Positions 1-9,816 of a stretch of 64,000 nt of DNA are shown here, piece by piece. The notes under the pieces were generated by a model, which saw nothing but the letters and a program-made list of their open reading frames with translations, was not told the origin of the DNA and ran no database searches. A program made the position numbers and the translations under genes. The stretch's first letter is position 1, and each line of letters begins with the position of its first letter. This DNA is from an uncultured bacterium. Its GTDB lineage: Bacteria; Methylomirabilota; Methylomirabilia; Methylomirabilales; CSP1-5. The stretch lies in assembly GCA_964348275.1 (NCBI GenBank), contig CAYGBT010000004.1, positions 45,449 through 109,448 on the forward strand. The letters are read 5' to 3'.

Positions 1-920
1 TTGATCACCGCCCCGTCGTACGCCTTGAACTGGCCAGTCATGCAGATAACCACCGGACCGTTTACGGCGAGCTTCGCGCCATCGTTCAGGGTGATTCGAT
101 TGAAAGCATAGGTCCCGGGGTCGAGGGTCACCGTCTGGCCCACTCCCGCGGTGAGGTCGTACGAAGCCCCATCATACGCCGCAGGCGGATTGATGCCAGT
201 GACATAACCACCAGGAGTTGGACAGTTGGGATCCGTGACGACGCTTTCGGGAGGGACCCCCGTGGTCTCTGAGCCCGTTATAGTGGAACCGGCCCCCTTC
301 GATATCGCACCCACGGCCCGCGCATCCCCATGCACGGTGTCATTCGTGTCGAGGGTGATATCGCCATTACTGTGCACATCCCCGTCTGATCCGACATTCA
401 AGATACCGCCCCCGAGATCTGCCTTATAGTCCCCTTGCGTCGAATCGTAACTGTCCACCTCTATATTATTTCCATCCAACTCGACTAACGTGAGGCCCAA
501 GAGACCGAAATCGAATGGTGAGCCGCGCTCGACGACCATCGACACGTTGGCCACAGCATTGCTGGGTGTGGTGCAGTCCCGGACACACCCGGTGGCAGTG
601 ATCAGCTGCTGATTAGGGTTGGCAGGCGGGGTAGCGGGGGGAACGCAATTCGGCGGACAGACGGTCACGTTGTACGTGCCGAAACCCAGGGGCTGCTCCC
701 CTCCTGACCCCTGATATGTCCCGTCGATGTTTAACTCCGCGATGGCCCTTTCCGCAGCGGCCTCGGCCAGGTGAAACGCCTGTACGCGATTCCGCTCGTT
801 GATGGAGATCAGGGTTTCCGTGGACGAGATGCTTAAGAACGCACTCCCCATCATCAAGAGGATCGTCATCACCAGCAGCGTGATGACCAGGGCAATGCCT
901 TCTTCGCCTCGGCACTTCAT
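1..920 (-). CDS. PilX-like minor pilin / large pilus-associated protein (3' end runs off the window)
   Basis: Hand translation of the minus strand from ATG at 920 stays open to position 1 (>=306 codons). It is absent from the supplied ORF track because it is edge-truncated. The N-terminus MKCRGEEGIALVITLLVMTILLMMGSAFLSISSTE is a PilX-N-type hydrophobic helix. GGAGGAGG lies 11 nt upstream. It follows the fimT/pilV/pilW-like genes. Confidence 0.65.
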   Translation of the reverse strand, partial: MKCRGEEGIALVITLLVMTILLMMGSAFLSISSTETLISINERNRVQAFHLAEAAAERAIAELNIDGTYQGSGGEQPLGFGTYNVTVCPPNCVPPATPPANPNQQLITATGCVRDCTTPSNAVANVSMVVERGSPFDFGLLGLTLVELDGNNIEVDSYDSTQGDYKADLGGGILNVGSDGDVHSNGDITLDTNDTVHGDARAVGAISKGAGSTITGSETTGVPPESVVTDPNCPTPGGYVTGINPPAAYDGASYDLTAGVGQTVTLDPGTYAFNRITLNDGAKLAVNGPVVICMTGQFKAYDGAVI

Positions 921-1013
921 GTTGACCGTGCCCTCCTCCGTTCGGCCGCCCGTTCGAGATTCCCACCGCCGGTGCGAACCATCTTAAGAAGATGCATGAC
1001 GAATGTCAAGGAC

Positions 1014-1706
1014 CTACAACCCCTGATTTCGTGGACGAACTTCCGCCCGCAACGTAAAGTTCATGGCGCCGCTTCCGGTCTGGGTATCGGCCGTCGTGAT
1101 CGTTACAGAGATCCGACGGATGTTGCCCAAGCTGGCACCAGGGACGTCATTGGGCGGCGGTGTACATATCCCGCCCAGACAGACATCTGCCTCGTTGAAG
1201 TAGGCAAAGGTGAGGCCGGTCACCCGCTCGGCCAGGGGCTGGGCACCACCACTGGCGGACCAATTGAGGGTGCAGTCGGCGCCTATCAAGGAGGGCCACT
1301 CCTCCCGCCTGATTTTTTGAGGATTCGATACAGTATCGTAAGTGTATTCGACTTTTTCGGTCGTGCCGTCGGAGTCGACATCGGCGATGAAGCTGATACT
1401 GGTTGCGGTCGCCGATTGAACCGCGGTGGCACACGGCGCCGGAATGATGGGCGGGATTTGCGAGTCAAACCCCGCCAGTCGCAGTTCCCGCACAATCCGA
1501 TCCATGCCGATCCGGGCGTTCTGTTGAAGATCGGTCTGCTGTTCACCTCTGATAAAAGTGGCTCGGTTCAGATCGTACGAAAGGTAAAGACCGAGGAGAA
1601 TAACACTCCCTACGGCTGCCGCGATGATGGCCTCTGCCAGCGTGAAACCCCGCTCATTCGTCCAACGGATCCATTGGTCTCTGCGGTCATCCATGGCGCG
1701 CCACAT
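1014..1706 (-). CDS. PilW-like type IV minor pilin (prepilin N-terminal methylation motif)
   Basis: N-terminus ...TNERG|FTLAEAIIAAAVGSVILLGLYL has a G|FTLxE cleavage/methylation motif plus a hydrophobic helix. Size and position after the pilV-like gene fit. The true start may be the internal Met at 1694. Confidence 0.7.
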   Translation of the reverse strand: MWRAMDDRRDQWIRWTNERGFTLAEAIIAAAVGSVILLGLYLSYDLNRATFIRGEQQTDLQQNARIGMDRIVRELRLAGFDSQIPPIIPAPCATAVQSATATSISFIADVDSDGTTEKVEYTYDTVSNPQKIRREEWPSLIGADCTLNWSASGGAQPLAERVTGLTFAYFNEADVCLGGICTPPPNDVPGASLGNIRRISVTITTADTQTGSGAMNFTLRAEVRPRNQGL

Positions 1707-2154
1707 AGGTCACGAGAGTGAGGGTTTGGCTGCCCCGCCCCTGCCACCCCACAGTGATGGTGACCTGCAAAAGGTCGGGCAACCCTGCCACTGCTGCCAC
1801 GGTGACGGTGCCCCACCCCTGCGGAAGAGCCCCGATCGGATTCGCCGGGGCGATGTCGCTCTGCCATTGGTTGAAGTGGTTGACGACTGGAGCAGGACCG
1901 ACCGGGGCAGGATTTCGCGTGTCAAGACCGTTATATTGGGAAACAACAGAAAAGGGTTGGGTCCGGATCATCTCGATCATCTCCTGGGCTAACGACGAGG
2001 CCTGGCTCATGTGTCCCCCATATCGGACATTCTCGAGGGCCGTGGGGTACATACCCACGACCCCCAGGACCGCCACCATGATGATAACAGCCGCCAGGAG
2101 GACCTCGGGGAGGGTAAACCCCGCTTTCCCGCGAACGTCATGGGTCATGGGCAA
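1687..2154 (-). CDS. PilV-like type IV minor pilin
   Basis: N-terminus ...GKAG|FTLPEVLLAAVIIMVAVLGVVG is a class III signal/methylation motif. 155 aa. Overlaps both neighbours. Confidence 0.7.
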   Translation of the reverse strand: MPMTHDVRGKAGFTLPEVLLAAVIIMVAVLGVVGMYPTALENVRYGGHMSQASSLAQEMIEMIRTQPFSVVSQYNGLDTRNPAPVGPAPVVNHFNQWQSDIAPANPIGALPQGWGTVTVAAVAGLPDLLQVTITVGWQGRGSQTLTLVTYVARHG

Positions 2155-2615
2155 GGTTCCTTACAGACCTGGACTCGGCCCGTGGACGCAGTCGCTACCC
2201 GGTAGGTTCCGGTTTGGTTCGTCAAGGTTACAGTCCCCGTCGCTCCGGAGACATCCCCTTTCGCGTCGAAGGTGATCTTGTCGCCAGGAGCGGTGGTCGT
2301 GATGACCACCCCGTCAGCGAAATCGGTCCGTGCCACCTCGACCGTCCAGGGTGTTCCCTCTCGCTCTAAAAGGTATCCCCCTGCCGGCACCGCGCTGTCA
2401 CAGCTCGACAAGCAGAAGCGGTGCCGGATCTGGGTGCTGACCGCCTTTTGGCGAGCGAGGCGGAGATCCCCCGCGATCTCCCAGGCGGCTACGCGGAGCC
2501 GGTAGCTCTCGAGGGTCCCGAGAAACCAGGGCATGGCGATCCCCGCCAGGACCACGACGACCGCGACCAGCATGAGGATCTCCATCATGGTGAACCCCCT
2601 CTGGCCGTCGATCAT
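2145..2615 (-). CDS. FimT/GspH-like minor (pseudo)pilin
   Basis: MIDGQRG|FTMMEILMLVAVVVVLAGIAMPWF prepilin motif. I moved the start to ATG 2615; the 35-codon extension in the ORF track is Arg/Ser-rich and overlaps the upstream gene. Confidence 0.7.
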   Translation of the reverse strand: MIDGQRGFTMMEILMLVAVVVVLAGIAMPWFLGTLESYRLRVAAWEIAGDLRLARQKAVSTQIRHRFCLSSCDSAVPAGGYLLEREGTPWTVEVARTDFADGVVITTTAPGDKITFDAKGDVSGATGTVTLTNQTGTYRVATASTGRVQVCKEPCP

Positions 2616-2625
2616 TGGCCGATCC

Positions 2626-3396
2626 CTATGGGACCGTTCCAAACCGGTACTCCTTTCCCTGCTCCAAGATTTGGCACTCCGGAACAAGCTGCTTGAGTTC
2701 CTCCACGATCTCCGGGGCATACTGGGGCTTCATATGGTACACATACACAGTCGCCTTCAGGCCGGCTTTACCGAGCTCCGCCTTCAGAGCCTGAGGAGTG
2801 AGGTGACCGCTCAGGTCTGCCAGCTGCTGCAACCGATTGGGGAAGGTCGTCCCGATCATGACCGCCCGCAAGCTCGGCACATCCTTTACGGCTCGCCAGA
2901 CCCCCTCCGTCGGACCGGTGTCTCCAAGGTGAAGCATAGCACCAAAATCGCCCTCGACCAGATACCCGACGCTGATCACCGAATGCGACAACCGTAACGG
3001 GGTAACGCGGAAATGGCACAGGGGACTGGTCTTTCCCTCGGGGAGAGCGCGGAAATCGAGGATGGGCACATGGGAATTGGGGATCTCGGTGAAGTCGGGC
3101 CACAACACGTTATTCAACAGCGACCTCTTGAGCCCCTCAAGGATCGGCTCGATACTGTACACAATGATAGGCTGGTCGCGGCGACCAAATACGTTATCCG
3201 CCAGGTGGGCCAGCCCGCGGACGTGATCGAGGTGGGAGTGCGTCAAGAGAATAGCCTCGATCCGTGACTGGGCAGGGATCTCGAGGACCGCCGTCACCGA
3301 CCCAGCATCGATGAGCAGCGTGTCATCGAGGAGGAAGCTCGAGAGGTGATACCGTGGGGCCTCGCCGCCAAAGCATCCAAGGACGCGGTACCTCAT
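2626..3396 (-). CDS. Metallo-beta-lactamase-fold hydrolase, class-II 3',5'-cyclic-nucleotide phosphodiesterase-like
   Basis: MRYRVLGCFGGE...LLIDAGS...THSHLDHVRGL (HxHxDH metal motif). The layout is recognised from memory of the class-II cNMP phosphodiesterase family. ATGA overlap with the HD-GYP gene. Confidence 0.55.
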   Translation of the reverse strand: MRYRVLGCFGGEAPRYHLSSFLLDDTLLIDAGSVTAVLEIPAQSRIEAILLTHSHLDHVRGLAHLADNVFGRRDQPIIVYSIEPILEGLKRSLLNNVLWPDFTEIPNSHVPILDFRALPEGKTSPLCHFRVTPLRLSHSVISVGYLVEGDFGAMLHLGDTGPTEGVWRAVKDVPSLRAVMIGTTFPNRLQQLADLSGHLTPQALKAELGKAGLKATVYVYHMKPQYAPEIVEELKQLVPECQILEQGKEYRFGTVP

Positions 3397-5189
3397 GAGG
3401 CTCCCCCCAACTTTGAAGTGCCAACCACGATTTCATTTCCCTCCCCAAGTCCTTTATCCATGGCCTGTAACGCCTCCGAGCGAATCCGTCCGGCCCGGTA
3501 GGCGCGGATGAAGGCCTCCACCACCTTGGGGTCGAACTGAGACCCTGCACATCGCTGGATTTCCCTAACCGCCGCTTCGTCGCTGATCCGTGGACGGTAG
3601 GGGCGGTCTGTGGTCATCGCGTCGAAGGTATCGGCCACGGCGATGATCCGGGATGCCATCGGAATCTCTTCCCCTTTTAGTCCGTCCGGATATCCCTGCC
3701 CATCGCACCGCTCCTGATGATGTCGCACCGCCGGAATTACGGCGTCGAGCTGCTTGATCGGGGCTAGGATCTCCGCCCCCAGTTCTGGATGCTCCCGGAT
3801 ATGCGCCAGCTCATCGGGAGTCAGGGGTCCGTCCTTTTGGAGCACCACATCTCGGATACCAATCTTGCCCACGTCGTGTAAGATGGCAGCAAGATGAAGC
3901 GTCTCCGTCTCCTCGGAGTTTAGGGTCAACTCCTCCCCTACGGTTAGGCAGATCTCGACCACCCGCCGGACATGGCCCCCCGTGTAGGGATCCCGCTTCT
4001 CGATCGCTTCGGCCAAGGTCGCCGCCGTACTCAAGAAGGTCTCCTTCACCTCTTCATAGAGTCGGGCATTTTCAATGGCAATACCCACCTGGCGAGACAG
4101 CGACTCAAACAGGCGTTGATCCTCCGCATCGAAGGGACGATCGGTGCGTCGGTTAAGAGCCTGCAGAACCCCGATGATCCGGTCCCGACTCTTGACGGGG
4201 ACGCAGATCATGTTTCGGGTGATGAAATGGGTTCGGAAGTCGACCCGTCGTGAAAACCGCGGATCTCGGCGCACGTCGCTCACAACGGTTGGCTTCCCCG
4301 TCTTGGCCACCCATCCAGCGATGCCCTCTCCGACCTTGAGCCGGACCTCCTTGACCTCCCTTCCCCGCTCTCCCAAAGCCACTTCGAAAACCAACTCGTC
4401 GCATTCTTCGTTTAGGAGGAGGAGGGATCCCACCTCACACTCCATGAGCCGGGTCGCGGCCTCAACGGCTAGCCGCAGCACTTCTGAGATTTGGAGCGTG
4501 GAGTTTAGAATGGCACTCAGCTCCATCAGGGTCGATGACTGAACGACCCGTTTTGCCGCCTCGGAGTAGAGTCGGGCGTTTTCCATTGTCATTCCCAACT
4601 GGTGTCCCATGGTGGTAGCCATCTCGGTATCTCGGGGGTCGAAGGCAGGAGAAGGCGGAAACCGCAGCAGTTCCAGCACTCCGACGATGCGGCCAGAGAC
4701 GCGGAGCGGAAGGACGAGAAGCGAAGCCCGCCCCCCCCTATATCGAGGAATGACCCAACCGTGCGGCCGTGCCCCGACGGTGCGAAGGAGCACGGTCTCG
4801 TCACCCGTGAAAAGCCCGCGGCGATACCCTCGCTTGAGGGAGACACTCTCCAGGGAGACTGTGGATCCATCGGTGCCCCGCTGAAGCCCAAAGAGGACCG
4901 TTTGTTTATCGGGATCGATCTGCAAGAGGATGCCGTAATCGGCTTCCAGGGTCTCGATAATGATTTTCAAGAGCAGATGGAAAAGCGATTCAGGCCGTAA
5001 GGTATTCGTGGACGCCCGGCGGATCGCCCTGAGCAGCTTGATGCGAAGGTCCTGTGTTTTCAACTCATTTTCCAGGACGGCAATCCGTGCCTGCTGACGG
5101 TCGAGCTGTTTCTGGTAGAGGGCCAGGAGCCGCCGCACTGCGAGTGGAGATTCCGGCTCGGTCCGGCGTGCCTGGCGATGTTTGCCCAC
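3393..5189 (-). CDS. GAF-GAF-HD-GYP domain protein (putative c-di-GMP phosphodiesterase)
   Basis: N-terminal coiled coil and two GAF-like regions. The C-terminus has AAILHDVGKI and HHERCDGQGYPDGL (HD-GYP signature). GTG start 8 nt after the trpA stop, preceded by GGAGAAGAGG. Confidence 0.85.
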   Translation of the reverse strand: MGKHRQARRTEPESPLAVRRLLALYQKQLDRQQARIAVLENELKTQDLRIKLLRAIRRASTNTLRPESLFHLLLKIIIETLEADYGILLQIDPDKQTVLFGLQRGTDGSTVSLESVSLKRGYRRGLFTGDETVLLRTVGARPHGWVIPRYRGGRASLLVLPLRVSGRIVGVLELLRFPPSPAFDPRDTEMATTMGHQLGMTMENARLYSEAAKRVVQSSTLMELSAILNSTLQISEVLRLAVEAATRLMECEVGSLLLLNEECDELVFEVALGERGREVKEVRLKVGEGIAGWVAKTGKPTVVSDVRRDPRFSRRVDFRTHFITRNMICVPVKSRDRIIGVLQALNRRTDRPFDAEDQRLFESLSRQVGIAIENARLYEEVKETFLSTAATLAEAIEKRDPYTGGHVRRVVEICLTVGEELTLNSEETETLHLAAILHDVGKIGIRDVVLQKDGPLTPDELAHIREHPELGAEILAPIKQLDAVIPAVRHHQERCDGQGYPDGLKGEEIPMASRIIAVADTFDAMTTDRPYRPRISDEAAVREIQRCAGSQFDPKVVEAFIRAYRAGRIRSEALQAMDKGLGEGNEIVVGTSKLGGAS

Positions 5190-5197
5190 CTCTTCTC

Positions 5198-5992
5198 CTA
5201 TGGCATTGCCTGCTTCAAGCTCCGGACAAATCCGGCCACTTCACTGACGATCCCGGGGTCGCCGCTTGCTCGTTCCACGCGCTCCACGATGGCCGATCCC
5301 ACGATCACCCCGTCGGCGAGCTTCGCAACCTGCGACACCTGAGCGGGCGTACTGATGCCAAATCCGACCGCGATCGGCATGTCGGTCAACCGCCGCAAGC
5401 GACTCAGGGAAAGCTCAAGATCGGTCTGCATGGTATCCCTGGCCCCCGTTACTCCTTTCAGGGAAACGTAGTAAATGTATCCCTGAGAGGACTCGGCGAT
5501 GCGCCGGAGCCGTACGTCGGTGCTCGTTGGTGCAGCCAGAAAGATGGTATGAACCGCAGCGGCCGCACAGCAGCGTTGCAATTCTTGGGCCTCTTCGGGA
5601 GGGAGATCTGGCACGATGACCCCGTCCACTCCCGCATCGCCAGCCCGGATGGCAAACTCGTGCGCGCCCGTGCGGAGGATCGGATTGATGTAGCTCATGA
5701 GGACGACGGGGATTTGGGATTTGCCGCGGATCTGCTCGACCAATCCGATGACCCTTTTCAGCGTGACCCCACTCTCCAGGGCCCGCTGACTGGCACGCTG
5801 GATGGTGGTCCCATCGGCCAGGGGATCAGAAAAGGGAACCCCGAGCTCGAGGAGGTCTGCCCCTACCTCTTCAAAGGCCCACGCCAACTCCCGGGTGGTG
5901 GATAGGTCCGGATCCCCCGCCGTGATGAAAGGAATCAAGGCCTTCCGTCCGGTCGCTCGAAGTTCCTGAAATCGCCGGTCAATCCGGTTCAT
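5198..5992 (-). CDS. trpA: Tryptophan synthase alpha chain
   Basis: 264 aa; ...ALIPFITAGDPDL...GVPFSDPLADG...; last gene of the trp cluster. Confidence 0.93.
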   Translation of the reverse strand: MNRIDRRFQELRATGRKALIPFITAGDPDLSTTRELAWAFEEVGADLLELGVPFSDPLADGTTIQRASQRALESGVTLKRVIGLVEQIRGKSQIPVVLMSYINPILRTGAHEFAIRAGDAGVDGVIVPDLPPEEAQELQRCCAAAAVHTIFLAAPTSTDVRLRRIAESSQGYIYYVSLKGVTGARDTMQTDLELSLSRLRRLTDMPIAVGFGISTPAQVSQVAKLADGVIVGSAIVERVERASGDPGIVSEVAGFVRSLKQAMP

Positions 5993-5999
5993 GATCTGC

Positions 6000-6087
6000 G
6001 TTCACGGTTGATGGTTCACGGTTCACAGCTACCCATTCGGAACCCTCCCGTCTATCAACTGTGCACCGTGAGCTGTCACCTATCACC
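6000..6087. repeat. Heptamer-array hairpin element H1 (trpB/trpA junction)
   Basis: Left arm GTTCACG GTTGATG GTTCACG GTTCACA GC (6000-6029). Right arm TATCAAC TGTGCAC CGTGAGC TGTCACC TATCACC (6053-6087) is the imperfect reverse complement. The right arm overlaps the trpB stop codon. Confidence 0.75.
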
Positions 6088-7266
6088 GAGGCGGGCCACG
6101 AGTTCAACGTCCTTATCCCCGCGTCCGGAAAGGTTGATGAGCAGGATGTCATTTGCCCCCATCGCGGCCGACAGCGGGATGGCATAGGCAATGGCGTGTG
6201 CACACTCCAAGGCGGGAATAATACCTTCAAGGTTGGCAAGGAGCCGGAAGCCCTGGAGGGCCTCCTCATCAGTCACCGAGACGTATGACGCACGGCCAGT
6301 CTCCCTGAGGTGCGTATGCTCGGGTCCGACGCTCGGATAGTCGAGCCCTGCCGACACAGAGTGTGTGGTCTGGATTTGGCCGTCTCCGTTTTGCAGGACG
6401 TAGCTCAGCGTTCCATGAAGGACTCCCGGCTCGCCAGCCGCAAACCGAGCTGCGTGTCTCCCCGATTCGATCCCCAACCCTCCTGCCTCGACGCCGATCA
6501 TCCGAACGCCGGCATCTTCAATGAAGGGATAAAAGAGACCGATCGCGTTCGATCCTCCCCCTACACAGGCAAGCAGGACGTCCGGGAGCCGTCCCTCCGC
6601 CTCGAGCATCTGGCCTCGCGCCTCCCGGCCAATGACCGACTGAAAGTCACGGACCATCATGGGAAAGGGATGAGCCCCTAGGACAGAACCCAGCACATAG
6701 TGAGTGTGCTCAACATTCGTCACCCAATCCCGCATGGCCTCGTTGATGGCGTCCTTCAATGTCCGGCTCCCCGCATCGACTGGTGTCACTTCGGCCCCCA
6801 AAAGCTGCATACGAAACACGTTGAGGGCCTGACGTTGCATATCCTCCGTCCCCATGTAGACCCGACACTCAAGACCGAAGAGGGCGGCGGCGGTCGCCGT
6901 CGCCACGCCGTGCTGTCCTGCTCCCGTCTCCGCGATGACTCTCCGCTTTCCCATCCGGCGGGTCAGCAGCACCTGTCCGAGCGTGTTATTGATCTTATGG
7001 GCACCGGTGTGGCAGAGATCTTCCCGCTTCAGGTAAATCTTTGGGCCTCCAAGCTTCTCGGTCAGACGCTGGGCAAAATAGAGGGGCGTTGGTCTGCCAG
7101 CGAACTTTCGCAAATAATGGTCCAATTCGGTTTGGAAGCTTGGGTCTTGTTGGGCCTCGCGAAATGCCCGCTCGAGCTCCTCCAGGGGAGCCATTAAGGT
7201 CTCGGGAACATACCGGCCCCCATACCGCCCAAAATGGCCCTCATGATCTGGAACAGACCACCTCAT
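6076..7266 (-). CDS. trpB: Tryptophan synthase beta chain
   Basis: ...[15 protein letters not shown]...HTGAHKINN...GGGSNAIG... Start set to ATG 7266 ([13 protein letters not shown]), which forms an ATGA overlap with the trpF stop. Confidence 0.93.
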   Translation of the reverse strand: MRWSVPDHEGHFGRYGGRYVPETLMAPLEELERAFREAQQDPSFQTELDHYLRKFAGRPTPLYFAQRLTEKLGGPKIYLKREDLCHTGAHKINNTLGQVLLTRRMGKRRVIAETGAGQHGVATATAAALFGLECRVYMGTEDMQRQALNVFRMQLLGAEVTPVDAGSRTLKDAINEAMRDWVTNVEHTHYVLGSVLGAHPFPMMVRDFQSVIGREARGQMLEAEGRLPDVLLACVGGGSNAIGLFYPFIEDAGVRMIGVEAGGLGIESGRHAARFAAGEPGVLHGTLSYVLQNGDGQIQTTHSVSAGLDYPSVGPEHTHLRETGRASYVSVTDEEALQGFRLLANLEGIIPALECAHAIAYAIPLSAAMGANDILLINLSGRGDKDVELVARLGDR

Positions 7267-7880
7267 TGTGCCTCCCGCACGCATGTCACGAAATCCCGGA
7301 CCTTCTTGGGATCCTTGCGGCCAGGTTCTGCCTCCACTCCACTTGACACATCAACCCCGTAGGGTTGTATCTGCCGGATCACCTCGGCGACATTTTCCGG
7401 GGTGAGGCCTCCCGCGATGATGACACGTCCAAAGGCCTTGGCGGACGATGCAACCTCGAGGGGGAACCGCTGGCCGGTGCCTCCGAGCTTCCCCGCCACG
7501 AACGTGTCCAAGAGATAGGCATGCACGCGGTAGGCCTCGAAGGGCGGCAGCCCTTGGCCGCCCCCGATACGGAAGGCCTTGATGACCGATCCGGTCACGC
7601 GTCGACAATACTCGGGTGCCTCGGACCCGTGAAGCTGCACCACCCGGAATCCACATCGCTTCATCAGCCCTTCGACTTCCTCAACCGGATGATCGGCAAA
7701 GAGCCCCACCGGCGTCACCAGAGGAGGCAGATTGTTGATAATGGCCAGGGCCGTCTCCGGATCGACGTATCGAGGAGTTCCCGGGACGAAGACGAAACCC
7801 AGGGCATCGGCGCCGACGTCGGCCGCCAGCTCGGCGTCCTTGGCGTTCGTGATCCCGCAGATCTTAACCCGAACCGCCAT
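7263..7880 (-). CDS. trpF: Phosphoribosylanthranilate isomerase
   Basis: [31 protein letters not shown]... Start moved to ATG 7880; the 83-codon extension in the ORF track lies inside trpC. 17-nt overlap with the trpC end. Confidence 0.9.
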   Translation of the reverse strand: MAVRVKICGITNAKDAELAADVGADALGFVFVPGTPRYVDPETALAIINNLPPLVTPVGLFADHPVEEVEGLMKRCGFRVVQLHGSEAPEYCRRVTGSVIKAFRIGGGQGLPPFEAYRVHAYLLDTFVAGKLGGTGQRFPLEVASSAKAFGRVIIAGGLTPENVAEVIRQIQPYGVDVSSGVEAEPGRKDPKKVRDFVTCVREAQ

Positions 7881-8667
7881 ACCCCCTCCCCAAGAGCTCC
7901 CGGACCTTTGCCTCCACGTCGCGGGCCCGAAGGACCCCCTCTCCGACCAAAACGGCATCGATCCCAGCCGCTTCGAGGCGGGCAACCTCCCTTTGATCGT
8001 TGATGCCGCTTTCGCTGACAACGACACGATCTGGTGGAATCTCCGGGATGAGTGCAAAGGTGGTATCCAGGGAGACCTTGAACGTCTTGAGGTCCCGGTT
8101 GTTGATCCCCACGATGGGGACCTTGGCATCCAGAGCGGTATGCAGCTCTTCGCGCGTGTGGATCTCCGTGAGGGGGTGGAGGCCTATCTCCTGGGAGAGG
8201 GCCAGCAGGTCTTGCAAGGTTTGCGGCTCCAAGACGGCCGCAATCAAAAGGACCGCGTCGGCCCCCCATGCACGGCTCTCGTAGACCTGATAGGGATCAA
8301 GAATGAAGTCCTTGCGGAGGACCGGCAGAAAGGCACTTGCCTTGGCCCGGGCCAGGTCGTGCAAGTTTCCGCGGAAAAAGGGCTCATCGGTCAGGATGGA
8401 AAGCGCCGCCGCTCCCCCACCGGTATAGGCTGAGATCAGGGCCTCGAGGTCGAATTCCTGCCGGATGATTCCTTGGGAGGGAGACGCCCGCTTCACCTCA
8501 GCGATCAACCGGATCCGCTCATCGCTCGACTGGCGATCCACCGCTTGGTGGAAGTCGCGAGGAGATGGTAGATCCCGAATCTGAGCCTTGAGGTCTTGGA
8601 GCGGGACCGCCACCTTTCGGGCAGTCACCTCTTCGCGCTTCGCTTTCACAATCTTCTCTAAAATCAT
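7864..8667 (-). CDS. trpC: Indole-3-glycerol-phosphate synthase
   Basis: MILEKIVKAKREEV...LIAEVKRASPSQG...LRKDFI...INNRDL... Confidence 0.92.
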   Translation of the reverse strand: MILEKIVKAKREEVTARKVAVPLQDLKAQIRDLPSPRDFHQAVDRQSSDERIRLIAEVKRASPSQGIIRQEFDLEALISAYTGGGAAALSILTDEPFFRGNLHDLARAKASAFLPVLRKDFILDPYQVYESRAWGADAVLLIAAVLEPQTLQDLLALSQEIGLHPLTEIHTREELHTALDAKVPIVGINNRDLKTFKVSLDTTFALIPEIPPDRVVVSESGINDQREVARLEAAGIDAVLVGEGVLRARDVEAKVRELLGRGYGGSG

Positions 8668-8672
8668 TTCCC

Positions 8673-8739
8673 GCTGTCAGCTGTCGGCAGTCAGCCGTCA
8701 GCATTCACTCCTTTACGCTGACCGCTGATAGCCGATTGC
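8673..8739. repeat. Heptamer-array hairpin element H2 (trpD/trpC junction)
   Basis: Left arm GCTGTCA GCTGTCG GCAGTCA GCCGTCA GC (8673-8702), 14-nt loop, right arm GCTGACC GCTGATA GCCGATT GC (8717-8739). 18/23 positions are complementary by hand count. Confidence 0.75.
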
Positions 8740-8758
8740 TCGTGCTGTGTGTTGCACC

Positions 8759-9802
8759 TCATTGCTTACAGAAGGCGACCACCTTCTCCAATGTGTTCCA
8801 GGCAGTCCCGCTTTCAATGGATCGTTCTGCAGTGACGATCCCTTCCTGCATGTCTTGCGCGCCCCCACCAGCAACGATGGCGGCACCCGCGTTCAACACG
8901 ACGATGTCTCGCCGGGGCCCCTTGGCTCCTTGAAGGATCTGCCTGATGATCTCGGCGTTCGCAGCGGCATCGCCCCCCCTGAGGTCGGCCAGCCGTGCTC
9001 GGGCAATCCCGAAATCCTCCGGCTGGACGAAGTATGTTCGTATGTGGCCGTTGTGCACTTCGGAGATCTTGGTCTCGGCGATAGTGGAGATCTCATCGAG
9101 GCCATCCATCCCATGGACGACAAAGGCCCGGTGGCAGCCCAGCTCGTTCATAACACCCGCCAAGAGCTCGGTGAGCGCCCCATCGTACACGCCGATCACC
9201 TGCGCGGGAGCACTCGCGGGATTGGTCAAGGGCCCGAGGATATTGAAAAGCGTCCGGATCCGGATCTCGCGACGCGCCGACATGACAAATTTCATGGCCG
9301 GGTGAAGCAGCGGGGCAAAGAGAAACCCGATCCCGACCTCGTCAATACATCGGCCCACGCGCTCAGGCGCAAGATCGAGCAGAACACCGAGCGCCTCGAT
9401 CACATCGGCACTCCCGCACGGCCCGGACACACCACGGTTGCCATGTTTGGCCACGGGAATGCCCGCTCCCGCAACGACAAAAGCCGCCGCGGTAGAGATA
9501 TTGAAGGTCCCTTGGGCGTCCCCTCCGGTCCCGCATGTGTCCACCAGCATCGGCTTGCCCAGATGGGGCCTCGCCTGCGCGCCCGCATGCCGGGTGGGCA
9601 CCGGAGTTACTTTATCCCGCATCACGCGGGCAAAGCCACAGAGCTCCTCGACGGTCTCTCCTTTTATCCGCATGGCGGTCAGGAAGGCAGCAACTTGCGC
9701 ATCGGTAGCCTGGCCAGACATGAGGAACTCCATGACCTGGGCGGCCTCCTCCCGGCTGAGGTCCGTTCCGTCCACCACCTTATGAAGAGCCTCCACGATC
9801 AT
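8759..9802 (-). CDS. trpD: Anthranilate phosphoribosyltransferase
   Basis: ...DTCGTGGD...FNISTAAAFVVAGAG..VAKHGNR... Confidence 0.93.
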   Translation of the reverse strand: MIVEALHKVVDGTDLSREEAAQVMEFLMSGQATDAQVAAFLTAMRIKGETVEELCGFARVMRDKVTPVPTRHAGAQARPHLGKPMLVDTCGTGGDAQGTFNISTAAAFVVAGAGIPVAKHGNRGVSGPCGSADVIEALGVLLDLAPERVGRCIDEVGIGFLFAPLLHPAMKFVMSARREIRIRTLFNILGPLTNPASAPAQVIGVYDGALTELLAGVMNELGCHRAFVVHGMDGLDEISTIAETKISEVHNGHIRTYFVQPEDFGIARARLADLRGGDAAANAEIIRQILQGAKGPRRDIVVLNAGAAIVAGGGAQDMQEGIVTAERSIESGTAWNTLEKVVAFCKQ

Positions 9803-9816
9803 TGCTCAGCCATCCC

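Noticed and set aside
940-958. tRNA T-arm-like string CGTTCGAGATTCCCACC between the pilW-like and pilX-like genes
   Set aside because: No acceptor stem, D-arm or anticodon stem can be built around it. It lies in the 93-nt spacer that contains the pilX-like SD.
226-987. ORF-track entries 226..429(+), 613..966(-) and 799..987(+) at the left edge
   Set aside because: Their composition is Arg/Gly/Pro-rich or otherwise low-complexity, and all lie inside the much longer PilX-like reading frame (1..920, minus), which has an SD and a pilin-type N-terminus. They are treated as shadow ORFs of a GC-rich coding region.
7881-8129. 83-codon N-terminal extension of trpF (and similar long extensions of fimT-like, ndk, hpf, scpB, lplA-like, fabD, fabF, ribD, ribBA and the FAD oxidoreductase)
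   Set aside because: The extensions overlap the upstream gene or promoter/hairpin sequence and are Arg/Ser/Pro-rich. Internal Met codons give N-termini matching the known families and have SDs or ATGA coupling.
8519-8704. 61-aa ORF starting at an ATG in the loop of hairpin H2, preceded by a good SD (AAGGAGTGA-ATG)
   Set aside because: It overlaps trpC out of frame for its whole length. It is Arg/Gly/Pro/Ser-rich with no recognisable fold, and the true trpC N-terminus (MILEKIVKAKREEV) is well supported. The SD-like sequence is probably a chance feature of the loop. It would only be worth revisiting if Ribo-seq shows initiation there.
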